64,000 nt of DNA, from assembly GCA_050261335.1 (NCBI GenBank), contig JBLNDE010000058.1:102968-166967 (forward strand), written 5' to 3'. A program made the position numbers and the translations under genes. Under the pieces are notes generated by a model. It worked only from the letters and a program-made list of their open reading frames with translations, searched no databases and had not been told where the DNA came from. Shown here piece after piece: positions 56,280 to 64,000 of this stretch (the first letter of the stretch is position 1; every line of letters starts with the position of its first letter). The stretch is from Bacillota bacterium (GTDB lineage Bacteria; Bacillota; SHA-98; UBA4971).

Positions 56280-56410
56280 TTGTCGCTGGTGCACTCGGGG
56301 ACGGCGCGCCAAGCGGGGCGCGCTTCGCCAAGAGCCGGCCTGTCGGGCGGGCGGCCGGATTCTAACACCCCTCGTGCCGCACCGTGTGTCTGCACGTCGG
56401 GCGATAAGGC
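56280..56410. repeat. dispersed repeat family 2, copy B
   Basis: ggtgcactcggggacggcgcgccaagcggggcgcgcttcgccaagagccggcc...; between convergent guaA and the purine permease. Confidence 0.55.
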
Positions 56411-56641
56411 CCCTGCGGAGCCTCAGTAGCTACCGCAAGGGCCTTGTGTTTCGTAGAGCGTCCTTCGGATGCCGGGTGGATCACCTCGCACTGCCGCCTT
56501 GCCGCGCGCCGACGCGCTCCAGGTTGCGGGCATCGCGCCTCTCCGACAGATCTCGAAGGATTCCATCGCAGGAGCCTTGCCAGACGTGGCTGCAGTCGAA
56601 ACGGCAGGCGTCTTTCCGCCGGCCCCGCTTCGTCCTCGGCA

Positions 56642-57988
56642 TCAGGTTATGAGCGGCAGGATGAATCTGATGACGAAGAGCACCGCCAGCACCCACATGG
56701 TCGCGCTGATCTGCCTTGCCCTGCCCGCCAGCAGCTTGATGATGACGTACCCGAGGACCCCGAATACGAGCCCTTCCGCTATGCTGTATGCGAACGGCAT
56801 CATGGCGATGGCGAGGAACGCCGGGATCGCCTCGGTGAAGTCAGTGAAGTCTATCTTCATGACCGGCTCCATCATGAAGATGCCTACGATTATGAGAGCC
56901 GGCGCCGTGGCTGCGGCGGGAATCAGCTTCACGAGCGGCGCGAAGAACAGCGACAACAGGAACAGCACCGCGACCGTGACCGCCGTGAGGCCCGTGCGGC
57001 CGCCCTCGGCGACTCCCGACGCGCTCTCGATATAGGTGGTCACCGTGCTGGTGCCGAAGACTGCCCCGCCGATGGTGCCCACCGCGTCTGCAAGGAGGGC
57101 CTGGTCGGCTCTGGGTAGCTCGCCCTTTTCGTTCAAGAAGCCTGCCTTTGTGGAGACGCCTATGAGCGTGCCTGCTGTGTCGAAGAGGTCAACGAAGGTG
57201 AAGGTGAAGACCACAGTTATGAGACCCACGTCCAGCAGGCCGCGGAAGTCCATCTGGAGGAAGGTCGGGGCGAGGCTGGGCGGGGCGCCGACAATGCTCG
57301 CAAGGCTCGTCGGCGTGGGGTTCAGCTTGAATGCCATCCCCACGACCGTGGTAATGAGGATGCCGAGGAGCAGCGATCCCTTGACGCGTCGCGAAATGAG
57401 AAGCCCCATCACAGCGAGACCGAAGAGGGAGAGGAGCACGTTGGGAGCCGTTATGGTTCCGAGGCTCACGAGTGTAGCCGGATTCTTCACGATTATGCCG
57501 GCTTCCTGCATTCCTATGAACGCGATGAACAGGCCGATGCCAACGCTCACTGCAAGCTTGAGGGTCATCGGCACACCGTTGATGATGGCCTTTCGAACCG
57601 GGAGCAGCGTCAGTATCAGGAAGATCACGCCGTCAACGAACACTGCGGCAAGGGCTGTTTGCCAGCTTATGCCCATTCCGAGGACGACCGTGAATGCGAA
57701 GAAGGCGTTCAAGCCCATTCCCGGCGCCATCGCAAACGGGTAGTTTGCGTAGAACGCCATGATGAGGGTGCCTAGAGCGGTGCCGAGGATGGTCGCGACC
57801 ATCACGGCCCCGACGTCCATGCCCGTGTTGCCCAGGATGGAAGGGTTGACAATGATGATGTAGGCCATGGTCATGAACGTCGTGATGCCCGCTATGATCT
57901 CGGTTCTGACGTTGGTCCCGTTCTCTTTCAGGTGGAACACGCTTTCAAGGAGCCCGCCATCTGCACTGTGCGACTTCACCTGTGCCAT
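56642..57988 (-). CDS. NCS2/AzgA-family purine (guanine/hypoxanthine) permease
   Basis: IAGITTFMTMAYIIIVNPSIL and later NCS2 blocks; GGAGG RBS before ATG 57988. Confidence 0.8.
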   Translation of the reverse strand: MAQVKSHSADGGLLESVFHLKENGTNVRTEIIAGITTFMTMAYIIIVNPSILGNTGMDVGAVMVATILGTALGTLIMAFYANYPFAMAPGMGLNAFFAFTVVLGMGISWQTALAAVFVDGVIFLILTLLPVRKAIINGVPMTLKLAVSVGIGLFIAFIGMQEAGIIVKNPATLVSLGTITAPNVLLSLFGLAVMGLLISRRVKGSLLLGILITTVVGMAFKLNPTPTSLASIVGAPPSLAPTFLQMDFRGLLDVGLITVVFTFTFVDLFDTAGTLIGVSTKAGFLNEKGELPRADQALLADAVGTIGGAVFGTSTVTTYIESASGVAEGGRTGLTAVTVAVLFLLSLFFAPLVKLIPAAATAPALIIVGIFMMEPVMKIDFTDFTEAIPAFLAIAMMPFAYSIAEGLVFGVLGYVIIKLLAGRARQISATMWVLAVLFVIRFILPLIT

Positions 57989-58442
57989 GCCGAAACCTCC
58001 TCACGTTCTGACATCCTCCGAGTGTGAGCCCAGAGATGTCTGCTGTTCCTCCAAGTGTCGCCGGTGCTGCGCCATAGTTGCGCTCGTTGCGCTCCTGGGG
58101 CGGTGTGCTGGGTGCGAGCTTCCCTGGGACCTGGCCTTCGAGCCTGCCGAGTCCGAATGGTGGAGCAGCGCGGACTCAAGCTACCTGGAACGCACCGGAC
58201 GACTGGCACAGACCAGTGAGTGTGCACTTGGACGCATAACATGCGAGTCATGACTGTGCCTGATGCGTACCTGATCGTGCTCCGTGGCGCCAGAGACCCG
58301 TTGAGTTTGCTTTCCTTTGCCTCCTCCGGGACCTCCCTCCCTTCTCGCTCGATCCGCCGCGGCCCGAAACCCAAGCCGCTGGCATGTCCTCTTTCTGGCA
58401 TTTCGACGCGTCTATGCAAAAACCTCCTCAGTCAGGACGGCC

Positions 58443-59639
58443 TCAGCGGCCCGACGGTCGGCGGGCGCCGACGGATGCTGCAAGGGCGGATATGACGTGA
58501 TCGAGGTCGTCCCTCGTGAGCGCAGGGTGCACGGGAAGCGAGAGAACGCGCCGGTAGGCCCACTCCGTCACGGGGCACGACGCGGCCGCCGCACTGAAGC
58601 GGTCCGCGAGGGCGGGCTGGGCATAGATCGGCTGCGGGTAGTGGACACCGGTTTCCACGCCGGCCGCCTTCAGGGCCGACGCGATCTCGTCGCGGTTGCG
58701 GCCAGCCTTCTCCTCGTCCACGGTCACGGTATATTGATGAAAAGCGTGCGTCACGTGCGGCGCGACGTAAGGAGGCGTTATGCCCGGGAGCGCCGACAGC
58801 GCGGAGGTGAGGTGCGCTGCGTTTTCCCGCCGGGCGCGCGAGAAGTCGTCCATGAGGCCGACCTGCGTGCACCCGATCGCCGCGGCCACCTCGGTCATGC
58901 GGTAGTTGAAGCCGACCATCGTGTGGTGGTATTTGCTCTCCTGGCCGATGTTGCGCAGGCGGCGCATCTTCGCGGCCAGGTCGTCACTCGCAGTGGTTAC
59001 GAAGCCGCCCTCCATCGTGTGGAGGTTCTTCGTGGCGTAGGTGCTGAAGCAGGTTACATCGCCTATCGTTCCGACCTTCTTGCCCCGGTATTCGGCGCCG
59101 ATGGCCTGCGCTGCGTCCTCCACGATGAAAAGGCCGTGGCGCTCGGCGATTGACCGGATGACGTCCATCTCTGCGGGCTGGCCATAGAGGTGTACCGGCT
59201 CGATGCCCACCGTGCGCGGGGTTATCCTTTCCTCGATGGAGGCAGGGTCGATGTTGAACGTCCTGGGGTCGATGTCCGCGAAAACCGGGGTTGCGCCGCA
59301 ATACATGATAGCGTAGGCCGACGAAGCGAAGCTGAAAGGCGTCGTGATGACCTGGTCCCCGGGGCTGATCCCGAGCGCCAGAAACGCAATGTGCAGTGCG
59401 GCGGTGCCGCTGCCGACCGCGATCACGTGTTTTGCTCCCAGGTAGTCACGAAGCCGCTCCTCGAAGTCTTCGACCATCCGTCCCTGAATGAGCATTCCGG
59501 ACCGCAGCACCGAGAGCACGGTCTCCTCCATCTCCCGACCGTGGTAGGGCTTCGCCATGGGGACCCGCCGGTATCCCGGGTTCAATGCAGCCACGCCATT
59601 TCCACCATCATTGCCGTTCAGCTCGCGTTCTGACTTCAT
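58443..59639 (-). CDS. DegT/DnrJ/EryC1/StrS-family PLP-dependent aminotransferase
   Basis: PLP-fold motifs (DAAQAIGAEY, lysine in FSTYATKNL); GAGGAGAG RBS before ATG 59639; the ORF opens at 59960. Confidence 0.8.
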   Translation of the reverse strand: MKSERELNGNDGGNGVAALNPGYRRVPMAKPYHGREMEETVLSVLRSGMLIQGRMVEDFEERLRDYLGAKHVIAVGSGTAALHIAFLALGISPGDQVITTPFSFASSAYAIMYCGATPVFADIDPRTFNIDPASIEERITPRTVGIEPVHLYGQPAEMDVIRSIAERHGLFIVEDAAQAIGAEYRGKKVGTIGDVTCFSTYATKNLHTMEGGFVTTASDDLAAKMRRLRNIGQESKYHHTMVGFNYRMTEVAAAIGCTQVGLMDDFSRARRENAAHLTSALSALPGITPPYVAPHVTHAFHQYTVTVDEEKAGRNRDEIASALKAAGVETGVHYPQPIYAQPALADRFSAAAASCPVTEWAYRRVLSLPVHPALTRDDLDHVISALAASVGARRPSGR

Positions 59640-60023
59640 CGTATCTCTCCTCGTGTGACGGCCTTCACCGAGACGTTCTACGAGGCCGCTCTTGCGGTGT
59701 GCCGAGTAGATGGCCACAAGCTCGCGCTGTCCTTGTGCCATGCTTGGCCGCGAGGCCCTGCCGCACCGCTGGGGTTGCAGCATGGAATCCCGGCCTTCTG
59801 ACGGCCTCCATCTCTGCGTTCTTAACACACGACAGAGCATATTCTGCGCATGACCTGGATCTCCTGCCTCTTGGTGGCGCGACGCCGTCGCGCCCGTCCT
59901 GGAAAATCCGTCCTCGGAGTGGAGGGATACGGTGACGTCGTGTAGAATACCCAACAACATGCCAGAGGATCACGCGGCCGACTGAGGACGCCACCTGAAG
60001 ACATATCGGAGGGGGGACGCATC

Positions 60024-61475
60024 TTGCGGGACGTGCCGGAACTCGAGGAAGCCCTCGATCTCGCGGTCGCGAGAGGGGCGAGCTATGCCGACATCAGGGT
60101 GGTGAGAAGACGCCAGGAGTCGCTGTCCGTCAAGAACGGGACGGTCGAGGGCGTGTCCATGGGCGAAGACGCAGGCTTCGGCGTGAGGGTTCTCGTGAAC
60201 GGCGCCTGGGGGTTTGCGTCCAGCTCGAAGCTGGACCTTGACGAGGCGCTGCGGGTTGCGGGCGACGCGGTCAGGATAGCGCGGGCAAGCGGCGCTGTCA
60301 GGCAGCGCGAGGTCAGGCTGGCGCCTGTGGAGCCTGTCGCCGGATCGCACGCGACGCCGTGCAAGGTCGACCCGTTCGAGGTCCCGGTGGACGAGAAGAT
60401 CCAGATCCTCCTCGACGCTGACAGACTGGCGCGCGAGGATGGGAGGGTCAGGGTTTCCACGGCCTCGATGGGCTTCTTCGAGGAAGAGAAGACCTTCATG
60501 TCGACGGAAGGCGCGAGGATCGAGCAGAGGAGGGTGGAAAGCGGCGCTGGCCTCTCGGCGGTGGCAGTCGGCCAGGGAGAGGTGCAGAGGCGGTCTTACC
60601 CGGCGGCGTTCGGGGGCGATTTCGCGTGCGCCGGGTATGAGTTCGTGGAAGCGCTCGACCTTCCGGGCCATGCGGAGCAGGTGGGCAGGGAGGCTGGGGA
60701 ACTTCTCGAAGCCCCGCAGTGCCCGTCCGTGACCACCACCGTGATCGTGGGAACCAACCAGATGGCCCTGCAGATACACGAGTCCTGCGGGCATCCGTCG
60801 GAACTCGACAGGGTGCTTGGCACCGAGGCGAGCTACGCGGGCACGAGCTTCCTGACCCCCGAGAAACGAGGCAAGTTCAGGTACGGGTCCGAGCTCGTGA
60901 GCATCACGGCGGATGCGACGATCCCGGGGGGCCTTGGCAGCTTCGGGTATGATGACGAGGGTGTGCCTGCCCAGCGGACGCCGCTCGTGGACGGGGGCAT
61001 ATTCGCGAATTACCTGACATCGCGGGAGACGGCGGCGAGGTTCGGCGAAATGAGCGGCGGGACCATGCGCGCCGACGGCCCGCACCGGATGCCGATAATC
61101 AGGATGACCAACATCAACCTCGAGCCCGGCGATTGGACTCTTGAGGAGATGATCCGCGACACCAAGGAAGGCATCTTCCTCGACACGAACAAGAGCTGGA
61201 GCATTGACGACAAGCGCCTCAATTTCCAGTTCGGCACGGAAGTGGGTTACCTCATCAAGGACGGCGCCATCGCCGGGATGGTGAAGAACCCGACCTACAC
61301 GGGGATCACGCCGGAGTTCTGGGGTGGCTGCGATGCCGTCGCAGGCAGGGGCGAATGGCGTCTGTGGGGCATTCCCAGTTGCGGCAAGGGCGAGCCGATG
61401 CAGGTGGCGCACGTCGGCCACGGCTCGGCGCCTGCGAGATTCCGCAACGTGAGGGTAGGTGTTGGGAAATGGTAG
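60024..61475 (+). CDS. tldD: metalloprotease TldD
   Basis: HESCGH motif, TldD/PmbA fold blocks; GGAGGGGGG RBS before TTG 60024; a 514-aa antisense ORF over it is judged spurious. Confidence 0.85.
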   Translation: MRDVPELEEALDLAVARGASYADIRVVRRRQESLSVKNGTVEGVSMGEDAGFGVRVLVNGAWGFASSSKLDLDEALRVAGDAVRIARASGAVRQREVRLAPVEPVAGSHATPCKVDPFEVPVDEKIQILLDADRLAREDGRVRVSTASMGFFEEEKTFMSTEGARIEQRRVESGAGLSAVAVGQGEVQRRSYPAAFGGDFACAGYEFVEALDLPGHAEQVGREAGELLEAPQCPSVTTTVIVGTNQMALQIHESCGHPSELDRVLGTEASYAGTSFLTPEKRGKFRYGSELVSITADATIPGGLGSFGYDDEGVPAQRTPLVDGGIFANYLTSRETAARFGEMSGGTMRADGPHRMPIIRMTNINLEPGDWTLEEMIRDTKEGIFLDTNKSWSIDDKRLNFQFGTEVGYLIKDGAIAGMVKNPTYTGITPEFWGGCDAVAGRGEWRLWGIPSCGKGEPMQVAHVGHGSAPARFRNVRVGVGKW

Positions 61476-62830
61476 GCGCGAAGGGCAAGGCCTTGCGGAG
61501 CAGGGACCATGCACGGGTGGCCGACATCGTGCTGAATACGTCCAGGGCAGACCAGGTCGAGGTGGCCGTCGAGACGGCTGAAACTTACCTCACGCGGTTC
61601 GCCAATTCCGAAATCCACCAGAACACCGGTGAACGTACGACAGAAGTGGTGGTGAGATCGGTATTCGGCCGAAAGGTGGGAGTGGCTTCCACCACCAGCC
61701 TCGATCGGGGGGCGGTGGAGGAGACGGTGAGGCGGGCCGAGGATATCGCGAAGCTGCAGCCCGAGAACCCCGGGTTCCCCGGGCTGCCGGGGCCGGCCGA
61801 GTATGGGGCGGCCGATGGGTACTGCGAAGAGACTGCCGCGTGCTCGCCCGAACAGCGGGCGGCTGGGGTGGCCGAGATCTGCGGGCTTGCGGTCAAGAAC
61901 GGGCTTGTGGCCTCGGGGTCGTTCTCCACGACTGCGCGCGAGGCGATGGTCGCAAACTCGCGCGGGCTTCTCGCCGAGATGCGGTTCACCCGTGCGAACC
62001 TCCTCACGGTCGTCATGTCTACGACGGGTTCGGGTTACGGGGAGCAGTTCTCGGTGTGCGTGGGCGACATAGACCCGCGCCAGGTGGCCGAGGAGGCGGT
62101 GGAGGGATGCCTCGCCGACGCTGAGCCAGGGGATGTCGAGCCAGGCGAGTATGAGGCCATCTTCGAGGAGTACGCGGTGGCAGACATGATCCAGATGCTC
62201 GCCTACATGGGGTTTGGCGCGCTGGCGTTCCAGGAAGGCCGCAGCTTCATGTCGGGTAACATCGGGCAGAGGATAACAGGCGGCAACGTCACAATCTGGG
62301 ATGACGGGCTCGACCCGGCGGGGGTGCCGCTGTCCTTCGACGTTGAGGGCGTGCCCAAGCAGAAGGTGGTGCTCATCGAGGGGGGCGTCGCGCGGGGTGT
62401 CGTGTACGACTCGTACACGGCGGCGCGGGAGGGGAAGCAGTCCACAGGCCATGCCATATCGCCTATGCCTTCGGCCGGGCCTTTCGCCGTCAACCTCTTC
62501 ATGGCGGGAGGCGACTCCAGCCTGGAGGAGATGATCGCCGCCACGAAGCGCGGCATCTACGTGAAGCGACTCCATTACACGAACCCCGTCCATCCCGTGA
62601 AGTCGCTCCTGACGGGCATGACCAGGGACGGCACGTTCCTTGTGGAGAACGGCAGGATCGTGCGGCCCGTGAAGAACCTTCGCTTCACCGAGAGCATCCT
62701 CGGCGCGCTGGGGTCGACGGAACTCGTCTCAAGGGAGACGAAGCTCCTGCCCCTCTACTCGCTGGGCGGCGTGAGGGCCCCGGCAGTGAAGGTGAAGAGG
62801 TTCACCTTCACGGGTGTTACCGAGTACTAA
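61469..62830 (+). CDS. pmbA: TldD/PmbA-family protein (PmbA/TldE partner)
   Basis: PmbA-like blocks (FANSEIHQNTGER, ending FTFTG); ATG 61469 overlaps tldD stop. Confidence 0.8.
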   Translation: MVGAKGKALRSRDHARVADIVLNTSRADQVEVAVETAETYLTRFANSEIHQNTGERTTEVVVRSVFGRKVGVASTTSLDRGAVEETVRRAEDIAKLQPENPGFPGLPGPAEYGAADGYCEETAACSPEQRAAGVAEICGLAVKNGLVASGSFSTTAREAMVANSRGLLAEMRFTRANLLTVVMSTTGSGYGEQFSVCVGDIDPRQVAEEAVEGCLADAEPGDVEPGEYEAIFEEYAVADMIQMLAYMGFGALAFQEGRSFMSGNIGQRITGGNVTIWDDGLDPAGVPLSFDVEGVPKQKVVLIEGGVARGVVYDSYTAAREGKQSTGHAISPMPSAGPFAVNLFMAGGDSSLEEMIAATKRGIYVKRLHYTNPVHPVKSLLTGMTRDGTFLVENGRIVRPVKNLRFTESILGALGSTELVSRETKLLPLYSLGGVRAPAVKVKRFTFTGVTEY

Positions 62831-62900
62831 GGGTACCGCCCTTCGTTGCGCACGGAGGCGCGAACGTGGTGTAACCGGAGTTCGGCGTCTGGGAGGCAAT

Positions 62901-63716
62901 TCAGGGCGGGCCGACCTGGTAGAGTCTGAGGTCCTCGGTCTTGATATCATCAGGGGGCACGAGTCGGTAGTGACGTTCAGAGGCGATCCTGACCTGGCTG
63001 TCCTGCTGGACGAACTCAAAGAGAGCAATGTGGTTGCTACTGATAAACTGGGCTCCGATCGGTCGGCAGATCAAATCAGGGAGCCTCAACTGACACATTG
63101 CGAAGTCCTGCTCGACCTGAACGACACTCAGTACGTCGCTACCGCCCTTTGCCTGGACAGGGAATACATAGTGCGCGCCTCGCCGATCCAAGCCGACATA
63201 CACTTCGTCCGTCTCCAATTGGCCGAGGCCCGGGACGTTGGTGCGAAGGTGGCTTTGCAATGAGTAGCACGTGACGCCGGTGAACGTATCGACCAAGCGG
63301 TTGTAACGCAGTTTCGCCAAACGAGCCTGCTCGTCGCTCAGAGCGTACATCGCAACTATGCCGGGGGTCGCGTCTGGCACCTTTGTCTCCTCCATCCCGA
63401 CTGTCGGCGATACCCAAGCTAGAGCGGTAGCCACGAAGCGGTACCTGGCCGGCCCAGTTCCCCTGATGATCCAATCCTCTCCGGGAGGCGCCTTCCTGCG
63501 TACCGCTTCAGGCAGCGGCGTGCGGTACCTAAAGGAGTAGACGACATCCCCGAGGTTCTTGGGCCTGGTGATGCCGAGAGCCTCACAAGCCTTGAGGATA
63601 TCATCTCGCTCCCAATCGATTGCTCGTTCGCCTTCGCGGTACTTGGATTCGAAAACCCACTCGATGATCCTGCTGTACGTAGTGTCTCTATCGCTCACTG
63701 AGGCGCCCTCCCTCAC
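62901..63716 (-). CDS. hypothetical protein, possible PD-(D/E)xK-type nuclease (candidate restriction endonuclease)
   Basis: 271-aa ORF in a slightly lower-GC segment; D...EVYVGLD...VQAK arrangement loosely resembles a PD-(D/E)xK core; adjacent to a partial ORF with weak methyltransferase-like C-terminus. Confidence 0.35.
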   Translation of the reverse strand: MREGASVSDRDTTYSRIIEWVFESKYREGERAIDWERDDILKACEALGITRPKNLGDVVYSFRYRTPLPEAVRRKAPPGEDWIIRGTGPARYRFVATALAWVSPTVGMEETKVPDATPGIVAMYALSDEQARLAKLRYNRLVDTFTGVTCYSLQSHLRTNVPGLGQLETDEVYVGLDRRGAHYVFPVQAKGGSDVLSVVQVEQDFAMCQLRLPDLICRPIGAQFISSNHIALFEFVQQDSQVRIASERHYRLVPPDDIKTEDLRLYQVGPP

Positions 63717-63723
63717 GACGATC

Positions 63724-64000
63724 CTAGACTCGGCCGCCCGGCCACCGTAAGACGAGCACCTCTTCGCGCATCTGCTCCCTGGTTGCTGTGGCCAGGCGCG
63801 TCCGGAACAGGTCTATGCCTAATACTTCATACCCGAGCGATGAGGCGATACTGGCCAGGAGCTGGCCCGTTCTTATCATGACATGCAGGAACGATGCCTG
63901 GTCACCGACGACGTAAGCTAAATGGGCCCCAGGGCGCAGGGCGGAACGCAATCCAGCGAGGTGACGAGCCATGCCGCCGAAATAGAGCTTGGTGACTGAA
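63724..64000 (-). CDS. partial CDS (C-terminal end; gene continues beyond window), weakly DNA-methyltransferase-like
   Basis: In-frame coding continues to the window edge; C-terminal TGQLLASIASSLGYEVLGIDL resembles the SAM-binding region of N4/N6 DNA methyltransferases. Confidence 0.3.
   Translation of the reverse strand, partial: SVTKLYFGGMARHLAGLRSALRPGAHLAYVVGDQASFLHVMIRTGQLLASIASSLGYEVLGIDLFRTRLATATREQMREEVLVLRWPGGRV

Noticed and set aside
58317-59153. 278-aa plus-strand ORF
   Set aside because: Antisense to the DegT-family aminotransferase.
59970-61514. 514-aa ORF on the minus strand
   Set aside because: It is fully antisense to the well-supported tldD gene. It is a typical long open antisense frame of high-GC DNA, with no RBS and no family similarity.
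62814-63263. 149-aa plus-strand ORF
   Set aside because: Overlaps the longer minus-strand 271-aa ORF, which has a better RBS context and nuclease-like features; the minus-strand gene was kept.

Overview
High-GC (~68%) bacterial chromosomal window with Bacillota-like gene content: SpoIIAA/SpoIIE-type partner-switching proteins, SpoIID, MazEF, TsaEBD-RimI, LCP, TldD/PmbA. The GTG/TTG starts, overlapping stop/start junctions and many long antisense ORFs fit a high-GC Firmicutes-related lineage, possibly thermophilic, though I cannot name the organism from sequence alone.

Gene content in order:
- 1-3.3 kb: a partner-switching operon STAS–PP2C–STAS–FapA/DUF342.
- 3.6-6.9 kb: NhaC-like antiporter and an MFS transporter.
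- 6.9-8.6 kb: a decay zone with a frameshifted Uma2-family nuclease pseudogene, an intact DUF134 gene and an internally deleted IscU/NifU remnant.
- 8.7-9.7 kb: an FMN-dependent alpha-hydroxy-acid dehydrogenase.
- 9.8-19.9 kb (minus strand): a LacI-regulated sugar locus with a GH-A clan glycosidase, a sugar ABC transporter and an unclassifiable ~920-aa protein.
- 20.2-23.9 kb: two conserved leader-plus-~30-nt-periodic repeat arrays bracketing a three-gene cassette (DUF1848, PadR with a Cys/His-rich N-terminus, DUF5320). The second array sits directly upstream of a split DUF318 permease pair.
- 26-64 kb: CorA, a PAS-GGDEF cyclase, a D-aminoacylase/M20/DppA/asparaginase/C26 cluster, mazEF, tsaE-tsaB-rimI-tsaD, a triple DnaA-box cluster, LCP, ComB, a SpoIID-like protein, an APC permease, a tungstate/molybdopterin cluster (tupABC, two moeA including a MoeA–COG1910 fusion, moaA, moaC, MOSC–MogA), hpt-guaA with a divergent purine permease, DegT aminotransferase, TldD/PmbA, and a possible restriction-modification remnant at the 3' edge.

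Several dispersed non-coding repeat families occur in intergenic regions. Many housekeeping proteins carry Gly/Ala/Pro/Ser-rich insertions.

No rRNA, tRNA or canonical CRISPR arrays were recognised. The twin repeat arrays with their cassette are the most unusual, apparently undescribed structure in the window.
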